DNA of 32,758 bases from IMG/VR virus record IMGVR_UViG_3300045988_024297, positions 1-32,758 of that record. One strand, 5' to 3'. Positions 14,277-21,351 of the stretch are shown here, piece by piece. A program made the position numbers and the translations under genes. The stretch's first letter is position 1. Each line of letters opens with the position of its first letter. A model generated the notes under the pieces. The model ran no database searches and was not told where the DNA came from. It worked only from the letters and a program-made list of their open reading frames with translations. Source of the DNA: a virus.

Positions 14277-15377
14277 TTAATCGGCAAAAATAGGTGAGTA
14301 GAAAATAAAACCTCGCTTCTCGTTAAGAATAACGTATGTTTGTTGCGGTTCTTCGTATGCCAGTCCGTGACCCATTGCGAACGCATCGAAACCCTTCAAA
14401 GAGCCGTTAACACAAACCTCTTTAGTATATACCATTTGGTGGTAATGCCCCAAAAAGGCTTTATCAATCTTTATTGTTTGGTTCATTTTGGCGTACCAGC
14501 GCATCATTGACGGGTAAATGCCCCCGATACCCCCAGCCGTGCGGAATTGATGCCCGTGCGCAAATAAAATTTTCTTTCCGTACACGTCTATATAGGCAAA
14601 CTCACTTTCGGGGATAATGAAACTGAATTTTGTAAGCCCCATAAGTGTTAGGGTGTGTTCGATGTCCTTGTAGAGGAAATATTCGTAGTTCATCTCGAAA
14701 CCGTTGCTAAACTGCATCTTTTTTGTAGTTCTTGAATGGTTTCCGCATATGCCGATGACAGTAATTTTGTTAACATCTGGTAACTGGTCGTGCAGATACT
14801 TAAGCCCGGAGATAATTAGGTTCTTGACGAAGTTAACACCGCGCATCGGAGACATACTGTTTGTTTGCTCGAGTTCGGGGTGTATGTAGCCGCCTATCAT
14901 GTCGCCAATCAAACCAATTACCAAGTTGTCCACGGGCTTTTTCTTTATCATGTACGCGGCGTTTGCAAAGAAATTAGTTATACGCTTTTCTGCGATATCC
15001 TTGTTATACTCGTTTTTGCCCAACACTGTAGAAGACTTCACGACCTCATCCGCGTGCCAGTCGGACGCGATAAGAAACCCGGTGTTACCCTCGTCAAGCG
15101 ATGTCTTTTTCTTCGGTGTGATGCGTACCAGTTCGACGGGTGGCGCGTCCTTCTTCAAACCGATAATACCCTTTAGTTCTTCCTCGTTGTAATAGCTTTT
15201 AAGCTCCTCTATCAACGGGTCTACCTCTACTGTAGGTTGCTGTACCCCTACAACTGCTTTGCCCTCACGGGCTGCCCAATATGCCTTGTTGACCTTATTA
15301 TACTTCTTCAACGGTTTACCCGTTACCTTTGAAATTCTAACACCTTCCGCATTTACATACGAATCGTATTTTCCCAT
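14277..15377 (-). CDS. calcineurin-like metallophosphoesterase
   Basis: Ordered MPE motifs: SDWHAD, GLIGDMIGG, GICGNHSR, FAHGHQF, FLGHYH. Confidence 0.8.
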   Translation of the reverse strand: MGKYDSYVNAEGVRISKVTGKPLKKYNKVNKAYWAAREGKAVVGVQQPTVEVDPLIEELKSYYNEEELKGIIGLKKDAPPVELVRITPKKKTSLDEGNTGFLIASDWHADEVVKSSTVLGKNEYNKDIAEKRITNFFANAAYMIKKKPVDNLVIGLIGDMIGGYIHPELEQTNSMSPMRGVNFVKNLIISGLKYLHDQLPDVNKITVIGICGNHSRTTKKMQFSNGFEMNYEYFLYKDIEHTLTLMGLTKFSFIIPESEFAYIDVYGKKILFAHGHQFRTAGGIGGIYPSMMRWYAKMNQTIKIDKAFLGHYHQMVYTKEVCVNGSLKGFDAFAMGHGLAYEEPQQTYVILNEKRGFIFYSPIFAD

Positions 15378-15439
15378 TTTTGCTTTTTATTTTTGGGCGG
15401 CATTACACCGCCCAGTTATTAATCTGTTCAATTGAAATG

Positions 15440-15982
15440 TTAGTTGAATAAATCGTCGTTCTCGTCTTCAAAATCGAAATCATCAATGCTTGTTCCGCCG
15501 TCCAGTCTTTCGTCGTCTCTGGTCTTCTGCACACCGTTCAAACCTACACCGATACCGTATTTCCCGGTAAACTCATAAGGGTAGAAAGATACGGCTACGT
15601 TGCCCCAAGAGCCACTATAAACCTCGTTCGGGTCTGTGATGTACTGTTTTCTACCGTCGATTACGATAGGCGCGCCTTGCTTCTCTTTACGCTTTGCGTT
15701 GATAAAGTAGCACCCTTGGTATTCCGCACCGTCTTTCTCTGTGTCCCCATCTCTTAACGGGTTAGTCCATACCTTCGGGTCTTTGCCGTTCAACTTCGGA
15801 TAACGTGCCTTAAGAGTTGAAAACTCAGCCTCGATAGCGGCCTTAATCTTTGGAACTTCCGGGCTATCCTTCGGAATCAATAAGCATACACTGTAACTTG
15901 CTTCTCCTTGTCCGTTGACTTGTTGCGCTTCAAACAATCTAACATAACTCAATCTCACGTTCTTAATCATTGCTTTTGCCAT
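15440..15982 (-). CDS. ssDNA-binding protein (DUF2815-type)
   Basis: The N-terminus (VRLSYVRLFEAQ...SYSVCLLIPKDS) and the acidic C-terminal tail (DDFDFEDENDDLFN) are typical of this phage SSB family. It sits next to the Cas4-like nuclease and the polymerase. Confidence 0.72.
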   Translation of the reverse strand: MAKAMIKNVRLSYVRLFEAQQVNGQGEASYSVCLLIPKDSPEVPKIKAAIEAEFSTLKARYPKLNGKDPKVWTNPLRDGDTEKDGAEYQGCYFINAKRKEKQGAPIVIDGRKQYITDPNEVYSGSWGNVAVSFYPYEFTGKYGIGVGLNGVQKTRDDERLDGGTSIDDFDFEDENDDLFN

Positions 15983-16045
15983 AATAACTTTTTATTGTTT
16001 TTGCCCTCTAATCGGTTCGGGCGTTCCGTTTTTAATTTGATGTTG

Positions 16046-16087
16046 CAAAGATAACAAATAAATCAATAGGTCGTTTATTCTGTTAAC
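16046..16087 (-). promoter_or_regulatory. early promoter, conserved class (copy d)
   Basis: GTTAAC-agaata-AACGAC-ctat-N12-TATCTTTG with 28-nt spacing. Confidence 0.6.
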
Positions 16088-16412
16088 CTTGTTTAACTTT
16101 AAAAGTTTTTGGTGCTATCGAAATAGCATAATCTAAATCACTTTGGTCTGCCATACATATTGTATACTCTGGACTCTTCCTTCCGTATGCCCTAAGGCTA
16201 TACACGTATGCTTTATAGCCATACTCTTCTAACTTTCTAATAGCCTCAATCTCGCCCAGGCTGAACTCCTTTATAGCTACCAAAAGATTTTGCATGTCTT
16301 TAGAGGTTCTTTCAAGTTCTTTTTTAGTCCATGTGCGGAATTGCTTTTTGTTCCAAAACTTTGTTCTTGCTTGAATCTCTTTCTCCGTTAAAATACCGTT
16401 GCTACTTTTCAT
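16083..16412 (-). CDS. hypothetical protein, 109 aa
   Basis: ATG ORF behind a conserved promoter and leader. Confidence 0.6.
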   Translation of the reverse strand: MKSSNGILTEKEIQARTKFWNKKQFRTWTKKELERTSKDMQNLLVAIKEFSLGEIEAIRKLEEYGYKAYVYSLRAYGRKSPEYTICMADQSDLDYAISIAPKTFKVKQG

Positions 16413-16438
16413 ATCGTTTTGTTTTTAAATTGATAATG

Positions 16439-16480
16439 CAAATATAACGCTTTATCTGATAGGTTGGTTCTTTCGTTAAC
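16439..16480 (-). promoter_or_regulatory. early promoter, conserved class (copy e)
   Basis: GTTAAC-gaaaga-ACCAAC-ctat-N12-TATATTTG with 28-nt spacing. Confidence 0.65.
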
Positions 16481-16485
16481 TTCTT

Positions 16486-17664
16486 TTAAGAATTTAATTC
16501 GTCGAAGTCGTCAATAGTAGGGCTTAATTCTTCCCTCTTATCGCTTTCCGGGGCTAACGTTGGCAGTCCTTGCGGCTTGACTATCAGCCCGTCAAGTGTT
16601 GCGGCGAGCGGCTTTTTACCAACCAGGCGTTCAAGGTCTCCAATACCTTTCAGTTTGCGGTTAGTTATGTCCTCGGTAGATAACCCGATAGCCTTTAGGC
16701 GTTCTATGGCTGTTTCCGCGTCGTTTATGACACGCGCTGACCTGCCCTCTACAAGCTTCCACCCCTTAACCTTTTCGCCTCGTAGGGCGGCTTGCATTGC
16801 AAATGTTTTGACCGATGCCAGCCAGTCGGTGAACATATCGGACTTGCTTAATATGTCCCCTATCTCGTCAAGAGTTAACGCCTTGGTGTCCCCGTGTGTC
16901 TCGAACTCGCTAACTAAAGCCTCTTTCTGTGCCCTGCATTGCGCTTTGAACTTGCAGAACTTACAATGACTACCTACTTTGGTTTCCCCTTGTCCTGCCC
17001 ATGCCTTCTCCGCGGTGGGACGTAGTACGTGTATCGCCCAGTGGGTCAAGTCCCGTGCGGACATTTCAAATACCGAGTAATTGCCTAACCGTACTTGTGC
17101 GATGTGCATACGTACTTTTTCAATCTTCGAGCGGTGGGGTGGTTCCAAGGAGTTAAGCGCCCCTACAGCATACATCATTAATTGACTATTTCCGTCAGCG
17201 TCTACTTGTACGCCCTTACCGTATTTTAGGTCTATGATGTTTAGAACTGTCTCGCCTACTATATCACAGTCACAGCTACCGAAACACTCGGGTACGTATG
17301 TGGTTAGGTCGAACTTTCGCTCTATACTCATTTTAGCGCCTTCCTCCAGCTCGTATATGTCGCACACATAGCACACGTAATCCGTTACGTAGTGTTCCAT
17401 TTCCGAACTATAGTATTTGTTGTTGCGTATCTCATTGGGTACGGGCAATTCGTCCAATAGCGGTAAATATTCTCCGGCTAAATACTTTTCTATGGCGTAT
17501 TCTGCCAACTCATGCGCTACTGTTCCTTCTTCTGATGCCGCGCTACTCGTGCTTTCGTATGGTTCTTCCAGCCGTGCGGATGGTGTGCAGTTAAGCCATC
17601 GGTGTGAGCTGCTCGGGGAAAGTAGGGCGTGTGCCCTACTTGTGTGGTCTACTTGTACTTCCAT
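16486..17664 (-). CDS. PD-(D/E)XK nuclease, Cas4/DUF2800-like with a Cys cluster
   Basis: IIDLKYGKG (D-x-K core), N-terminal Cys (WLNC) and C-terminal CKFCKFKAQC (C-x2-C-x5-C). I prefer the ATG at 17664, 4 nt after the upstream stop, over the TTG at 17688 given in the track. Confidence 0.8.
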   Translation of the reverse strand: MEVQVDHTSRAHALLSPSSSHRWLNCTPSARLEEPYESTSSAASEEGTVAHELAEYAIEKYLAGEYLPLLDELPVPNEIRNNKYYSSEMEHYVTDYVCYVCDIYELEEGAKMSIERKFDLTTYVPECFGSCDCDIVGETVLNIIDLKYGKGVQVDADGNSQLMMYAVGALNSLEPPHRSKIEKVRMHIAQVRLGNYSVFEMSARDLTHWAIHVLRPTAEKAWAGQGETKVGSHCKFCKFKAQCRAQKEALVSEFETHGDTKALTLDEIGDILSKSDMFTDWLASVKTFAMQAALRGEKVKGWKLVEGRSARVINDAETAIERLKAIGLSTEDITNRKLKGIGDLERLVGKKPLAATLDGLIVKPQGLPTLAPESDKREELSPTIDDFDELNS

Positions 17665-17668
17665 TCTT

Positions 17669-18256
17669 TTAGTCGTTATAGGTTTCAATACGTTGTTTTA
17701 ATAGCTCGTACTTCTCGGGCTTGATACGCATAAGAGACGCGCCGCCGAACTCCAACATGATATCCGTCAATTGCGGGCGGGTGATTTTCCCGGTTTTCAT
17801 TAAATCAATCATGAACGCCTGCATGTCCTTTGCCGTCAGGGGCTTGTTTGAGGCTTTCTCCGGGGCTTTCTCCTCTTCAACGGGAGCTTGTACGGGTTCG
17901 GGTTCAATCGTCGCTTGTGGGGCTTCCTTTACGGTCTTTGGATTTACGGGCTTTGGATTTACGGGCTTTTCAGCCTTTACGGGCTTTTCAGCCTTTACGG
18001 GCTTTTCCATTTCCTTTTTAACTTCGGCGATAGCTTCGGTAATCGTTTCTTGCTTCGGCTCTTCTTGAACGGGTGCGGCGGTCTGTGTAGGCTCGCTAAA
18101 CGTTGGTACGCTTGTACTGGTTACGGGGCTTTCTGTAGGCACTTCCATAGCCTTAAGCGGCACGCTTCCAAATAGACGGTTCATAAGGTCATTTACAAAT
18201 GCTACTTCTTGTTCGTTTGTAACGTCAAAATCAATTGTTAACGGTGTAATCTTCAT
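17669..18256 (-). CDS. hypothetical protein, 195 aa, with a Pro/Lys-rich repeat linker
   Basis: ATG ORF. The central segment KPVKAEKPVKAEKPVNPKPVNPK is encoded by tandem DNA repeats. Confidence 0.6.
   Translation of the reverse strand: MKITPLTIDFDVTNEQEVAFVNDLMNRLFGSVPLKAMEVPTESPVTSTSVPTFSEPTQTAAPVQEEPKQETITEAIAEVKKEMEKPVKAEKPVKAEKPVNPKPVNPKTVKEAPQATIEPEPVQAPVEEEKAPEKASNKPLTAKDMQAFMIDLMKTGKITRPQLTDIMLEFGGASLMRIKPEKYELLKQRIETYND
17936..18001. repeat. in-frame tandem repeats (15 bp x2, 18 bp x2) inside the 195-aa CDS
   Basis: CTTTGGATTTACGGG at 17936-17950 and 17951-17965. CTTTTCAGCCTTTACGGG at 17966-17983 and 17984-18001. Confidence 0.9.
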
Positions 18257-18288
18257 TTTCTTTTCTTTTTATATGGTGAATAACTAAT

Positions 18289-18564
18289 TTATGCTTCTTT
18301 GATTTGCTCGGCCTCCAAAATTGCTTGTGCAACCTTGATTATCGTCTCATTATAGAACTCTTCCCACTCGTCGCAGTAGATATACATTTCCTCAACGTTC
18401 ACGGGGTATTTCGTTCCTTCCATTGTAGAGACGTAGTAAGGGAGTATAAACCCCTCGAACGTCGGCATTTCCTGCACTGCATCAATAACTTGGTATTTGT
18501 TCTTCCTCGCACTTGCCTGCAAATGCTTTTTCACTTCGTCGATAATAAACTTTTGCTCTTTCAT
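18289..18564 (-). CDS. small acidic early protein, 91 aa
   Basis: ATG ORF behind a conserved promoter. D/E clearly exceed K/R. Confidence 0.6.
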   Translation of the reverse strand: MKEQKFIIDEVKKHLQASARKNKYQVIDAVQEMPTFEGFILPYYVSTMEGTKYPVNVEEMYIYCDEWEEFYNETIIKVAQAILEAEQIKEA

Positions 18565-18590
18565 AACTTTATCTTTTTAAACTGTTGATG

Positions 18591-18632
18591 CAAATATAAC
18601 GCTTTTGCAAATACGTTGGTTCACTTGTTAAC
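18591..18632 (-). promoter_or_regulatory. early promoter, conserved class (copy f)
   Basis: GTTAAC-aagtga-ACCAAC-gtat-N12-TATATTTG with 28-nt spacing. It overlaps the stop of the 74-aa gene. Confidence 0.65.
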
Positions 18633-18845
18633 CTTATTTAAGAAAATAGCTTCCATAAGGTCCTGCATGTGCTGGTATCCCATACCGTTGTATTGGTATG
18701 CTTCAAAGCTGCCGTTACGGCGTACCTCCGAGAAGGTATCGCTATACTCGTTGCCTGCCTCGTCTATAAATACTAATACGTGGCTCTTCATCTCGAACTG
18801 ACCCTCGGTCAGCGTTTCCCTAAAAATTAAATCAATTGCTTTCAT
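18621..18845 (-). CDS. small acidic early protein, 74 aa (first gene of the early block)
   Basis: ATG ORF downstream of two candidate promoters. Confidence 0.6.
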   Translation of the reverse strand: MKAIDLIFRETLTEGQFEMKSHVLVFIDEAGNEYSDTFSEVRRNGSFEAYQYNGMGYQHMQDLMEAIFLNKVNK

Positions 18846-18871
18846 ACTTTGCTTCGTTTTATACGTTAATA

Positions 18872-18879
18872 CAAATCTA
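18872..18879 (-). promoter_or_regulatory. putative -7 box TAGATTTG proximal to the first early gene
   Basis: Plus-strand CAAATCTA, preceded on the coding strand by GTGAACAAGTAAGAACG, which resembles the upstream half of the conserved element. Confidence 0.4.
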
Positions 18880-18966
18880 CGTTCTTACTTGTTCACGGTT
18901 ATTTCCCAATTTAATGTCTTGGTGACCTCATGCCTTCCGGGAAACCCTTGTTTCCTTTTGACATTG

Positions 18967-18996
18967 CAAGGATACGGCAAATATCAATAGGTTGTA
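18967..18996 (-). promoter_or_regulatory. early promoter variant (copy g)
   Basis: TACAACCTAT-N12-TATCCTTG, near-identical to copy c through TTGCCGTAT. It lacks GTTAAC at the canonical spacing (ATTAAC at 19008-19013 instead). Confidence 0.45.
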
Positions 18997-19088
18997 TCTC
19001 TTTTTGTGTTAATAAATATTAATCAAAAGTGAAAAGATGTAAAGGAACAGTCGATGCAGGCTAAAGTGCTGATAATCAGAGACGGGCG

Positions 19089-19312
19089 TTACACATACAC
19101 AGATACACACATGTTTTCGTAAACTTTAATTTCGGATATTGTGGTTTTTACAGTCCGTTATATAGTGGTAAATGCTATTTTCTCCAGAATAATGTTTTAA
19201 CCCCCTTTTATCTGTGTATCTGTGTAATTACATATAATATATTATAATATAAGGAGTTAGAGTGTACAAAAACCTGCACAGTAGAGATTTTTTACTGTGC
19301 AGCTGTGGTTAA
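19089..19312. repeat. composite non-coding element, copy B (partner at 2981-3190)
   Basis: Core 19178-19273, tandem TCTGTGTA 19211-19226, inverted iterons 19096-19109 (14/14), palindrome TATAATATATTATA 19233-19246, hairpin 19274-19302. Confidence 0.9.
19266..19302 (-). terminator. rho-independent terminator T2(B), part of the repeated element
   Basis: Minus strand reads CTGCACAGTA-aaaaatctc-TACTGTGCAG followed by GTTTTTGT. Confidence 0.65.
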
Positions 19313-19315
19313 CGA

Positions 19316-19356
19316 ATGTGAACAAAAAATGGAGAACTGTTAACAGCCCTCCATTT
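19316..19356 (-). terminator. terminator T1(B) ending the late block
   Basis: 8-bp stem AAATGGAG/CTCCATTT with a 14-nt loop containing GTTAAC, followed by TTTGTTCAC. It begins 6 nt after the stop of the last late gene. Confidence 0.55.
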
Positions 19357-19361
19357 CCTAA

Positions 19362-19952
19362 TTATTTTAGCTTTACCGCTAGGTCTATATCTATCTTTGT
19401 TTTGGGGTTTTTGTTAGATATGTCGTGCTCTATAGCCTTGACCCCCCATCTGAAAAACAAAAACTTTTTCTTTCGGACTGTAATAACACCCGTTATCGTG
19501 TCCCTACCTTGGTAAATAAGTTCCGTACTGTCTTGCCTAAGCTTTGCTTGTATCGTGTTCCATGCGTCCCGGTATTCCGCTATAAGCTCCCCGGCTAAGG
19601 TATCAGTACGCACCACCTCCTTTATTACGGTCTTGGTAACGGTACGGGTCGCCGATAACGCATCTTTCACTCGGACATTTAGCGCATCCACCTCTTTATA
19701 TAGGTCTGCGTTCGTTTTCTTTAGCTCCTTGTGCGACATCTCTAAGGCTTTACGCTTCACTGCCGCATCTCCGAGCTTGGTTTTGTACTCTATCTGCACG
19801 TCGTTCATCGCCTCAACGTTACGTTCTAAACGTCCTATTTCGGCTCTTTGCTTCCTTATGGTGTCTACCATCTTGGTTACCGCACCGAACAACACCATAA
19901 GGACTGCAAAGCCTATAATTGTCTTTTGTGGTTTACTCATAGCAAATTGCAT
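19362..19952 (-). CDS. membrane-anchored coiled-coil protein (spanin-like or lysis accessory)
   Basis: N-terminal TM segment (TIIGFAVLMVLFGAV) followed by a long K/E-rich helical region. It is the last gene of the holin-endolysin cassette. An alternative ATG lies at 19940. Confidence 0.5.
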   Translation of the reverse strand: MQFAMSKPQKTIIGFAVLMVLFGAVTKMVDTIRKQRAEIGRLERNVEAMNDVQIEYKTKLGDAAVKRKALEMSHKELKKTNADLYKEVDALNVRVKDALSATRTVTKTVIKEVVRTDTLAGELIAEYRDAWNTIQAKLRQDSTELIYQGRDTITGVITVRKKKFLFFRWGVKAIEHDISNKNPKTKIDIDLAVKLK

Positions 19953-20448
19953 TAATACGGTTCATCCATCCTTTACGGTATTTCTCGTTTTTGGGGCGGG
20001 CCTTGCATATCTCGTCGATGAACTTTGCCCTATCGTCTTTAATCATTTTAAAGAGCGTAGCCGCGTCCATAGCGTTAACGGCTGCAATGGTCTGTTTACC
20101 TACGATACCGTCCGCCTTGACGCCCAAAAGACGTTGAGGGCGCTTTATACCGTGCGACCCTGAAGCCCACACCCAGTCAACTAAGATATTTGCTACTGAT
20201 TGGTTTTTAATCTCATCGGCTTTCCACCTATCCCAGTACAAGGACTTGAATACATCGTGCCATTCGGCATCGGATATGTTTTTCAAGTCATTAACGGTAG
20301 GGGTCTTTTGCCCCTTCCGCTTCTTGTATTCGGTGAATGTGCCTATAGTGATACCTTTGTTTGTTGCGCCCCCCAGGTCATCGGGGTCATTAACGAAACC
20401 GCCTTCCCACTGTAGAATGAACGGTATTAATTTACTGCTGTTCGCCAT
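19933..20448 (-). CDS. endolysin, GH108 N-acetylmuramidase domain plus PG_binding_3-like domain
   Basis: ILQWEGGFVNDPDDLGGATNKGIT is the GH108 signature. LLGVKADGIVGKQTIAAVN is a peptidoglycan-binding repeat. Confidence 0.85.
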   Translation of the reverse strand: MANSSKLIPFILQWEGGFVNDPDDLGGATNKGITIGTFTEYKKRKGQKTPTVNDLKNISDAEWHDVFKSLYWDRWKADEIKNQSVANILVDWVWASGSHGIKRPQRLLGVKADGIVGKQTIAAVNAMDAATLFKMIKDDRAKFIDEICKARPKNEKYRKGWMNRINAICYE

Positions 20449-20911
20449 CTTCTTTCTCCTTTTTTTCTAAGGGTATTTCAAATTCGCCGTCCTTAATCTT
20501 TTTCTTAAGTTGGAAATACTTGCTATTCGCTATGCTGTTAAGCACCTTCACGAATTCATTCCCCGGCTGTACTACCCTAAGGTTTCTTGTCATGTTACGC
20601 GCGTATATAATAAGGAATATGCCAGTGAGCGCCTTAACTAAAAGCTGATAATCTATCCCCGGTTCGAGCATGCTGCACGTGAGGGCCACAAAGAATAGTA
20701 TTGCATTGGTTAAAAACAGCTCCTTAACCGCCTGCATAGTCTTTTTATGCTTGTAGGGCTTTCCTTTCGCCCTGTCTGCCAAATAACCTACCAACCAGTT
20801 CAACGCGGTAACGATAACCACTAAAAATATAAAGTCCCGTATATCCGTAACTACTGCCAGAACGGTAACAGCAAAAAATGTGCGGAAATAGGTCTCTAGT
20901 TGTTCTATCAC
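20432..20911 (-). CDS. holin-like membrane protein
   Basis: Three to four hydrophobic segments, a K/E-rich C-terminal tail, and a position directly upstream of the endolysin. I prefer the GTG at 20911 (GTGA overlap with the upstream stop) over the GTG at 20947 used by the track. Confidence 0.6.
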   Translation of the reverse strand: MIEQLETYFRTFFAVTVLAVVTDIRDFIFLVVIVTALNWLVGYLADRAKGKPYKHKKTMQAVKELFLTNAILFFVALTCSMLEPGIDYQLLVKALTGIFLIIYARNMTRNLRVVQPGNEFVKVLNSIANSKYFQLKKKIKDGEFEIPLEKKEKEDGEQQ

Positions 20912-21351
20912 TTGATTAACCCTATACGGGTATTCAATACTGTACACGCCTTTATAAACCCGTCTGCCTTCATTTGGCTAATCAACGGCTCTATAAAAAG
21001 GTCTGCCTTGCCCCGTTCGGCTTCAAACCTTTTAACCTTGCTTGTATCCGGAACGACTACCGAGCCCCCATAGGTCTGAATCTTCATGCCCGTGCTCGTA
21101 CTGTTTTGGTCTGCTATCTGCAAATACCGCGCAAACGCGTAGTAGCAAATAACCTTTTCAAGTCCTGCGAAGTTAGACCCGTCCGAGATATATTTCCCGG
21201 GGACAGCATCGTACATGCTGCCAACCTGGGGCAATATGTCGAGTAGGTCTGCCTCGAAGAACGCCTTTTCTATCTTGTTGCCCTTAACGTCCGTCGCTAT
21301 CTCAAACAACTGGCGGAACAATGCTATCGGGTATGCTTTCGGGTTTTCCAT
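20908..21351 (-). CDS. hypothetical virion protein, 147 aa
   Basis: ORF downstream of the portal. I prefer the ATG at 21351 over the TTG at 21363. It overlaps the portal 3' end by 50 nt. Confidence 0.55.
   Translation of the reverse strand: MENPKAYPIALFRQLFEIATDVKGNKIEKAFFEADLLDILPQVGSMYDAVPGKYISDGSNFAGLEKVICYYAFARYLQIADQNSTSTGMKIQTYGGSVVVPDTSKVKRFEAERGKADLFIEPLISQMKADGFIKACTVLNTRIGLIK

Noticed and set aside
15394-15414. The hairpin TGGGCGG/CCGCCCA between the SSB and phosphoesterase genes as a terminator. The GGGGG/CCCCC hairpin at 9676-9693 was considered likewise.
   Set aside because: On the transcribed (minus) strand both are followed by A-rich or mixed sequence rather than a U-tract. 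They may stabilise or process RNA, but calling them intrinsic terminators is not supported.
17936-18001. Short tandem repeats that could be mistaken for a CRISPR-like or VNTR locus.
   Set aside because: The repeats are contiguous without spacers, in frame, and encode a KPVKAE/KPVNP linker inside a 195-aa CDS.
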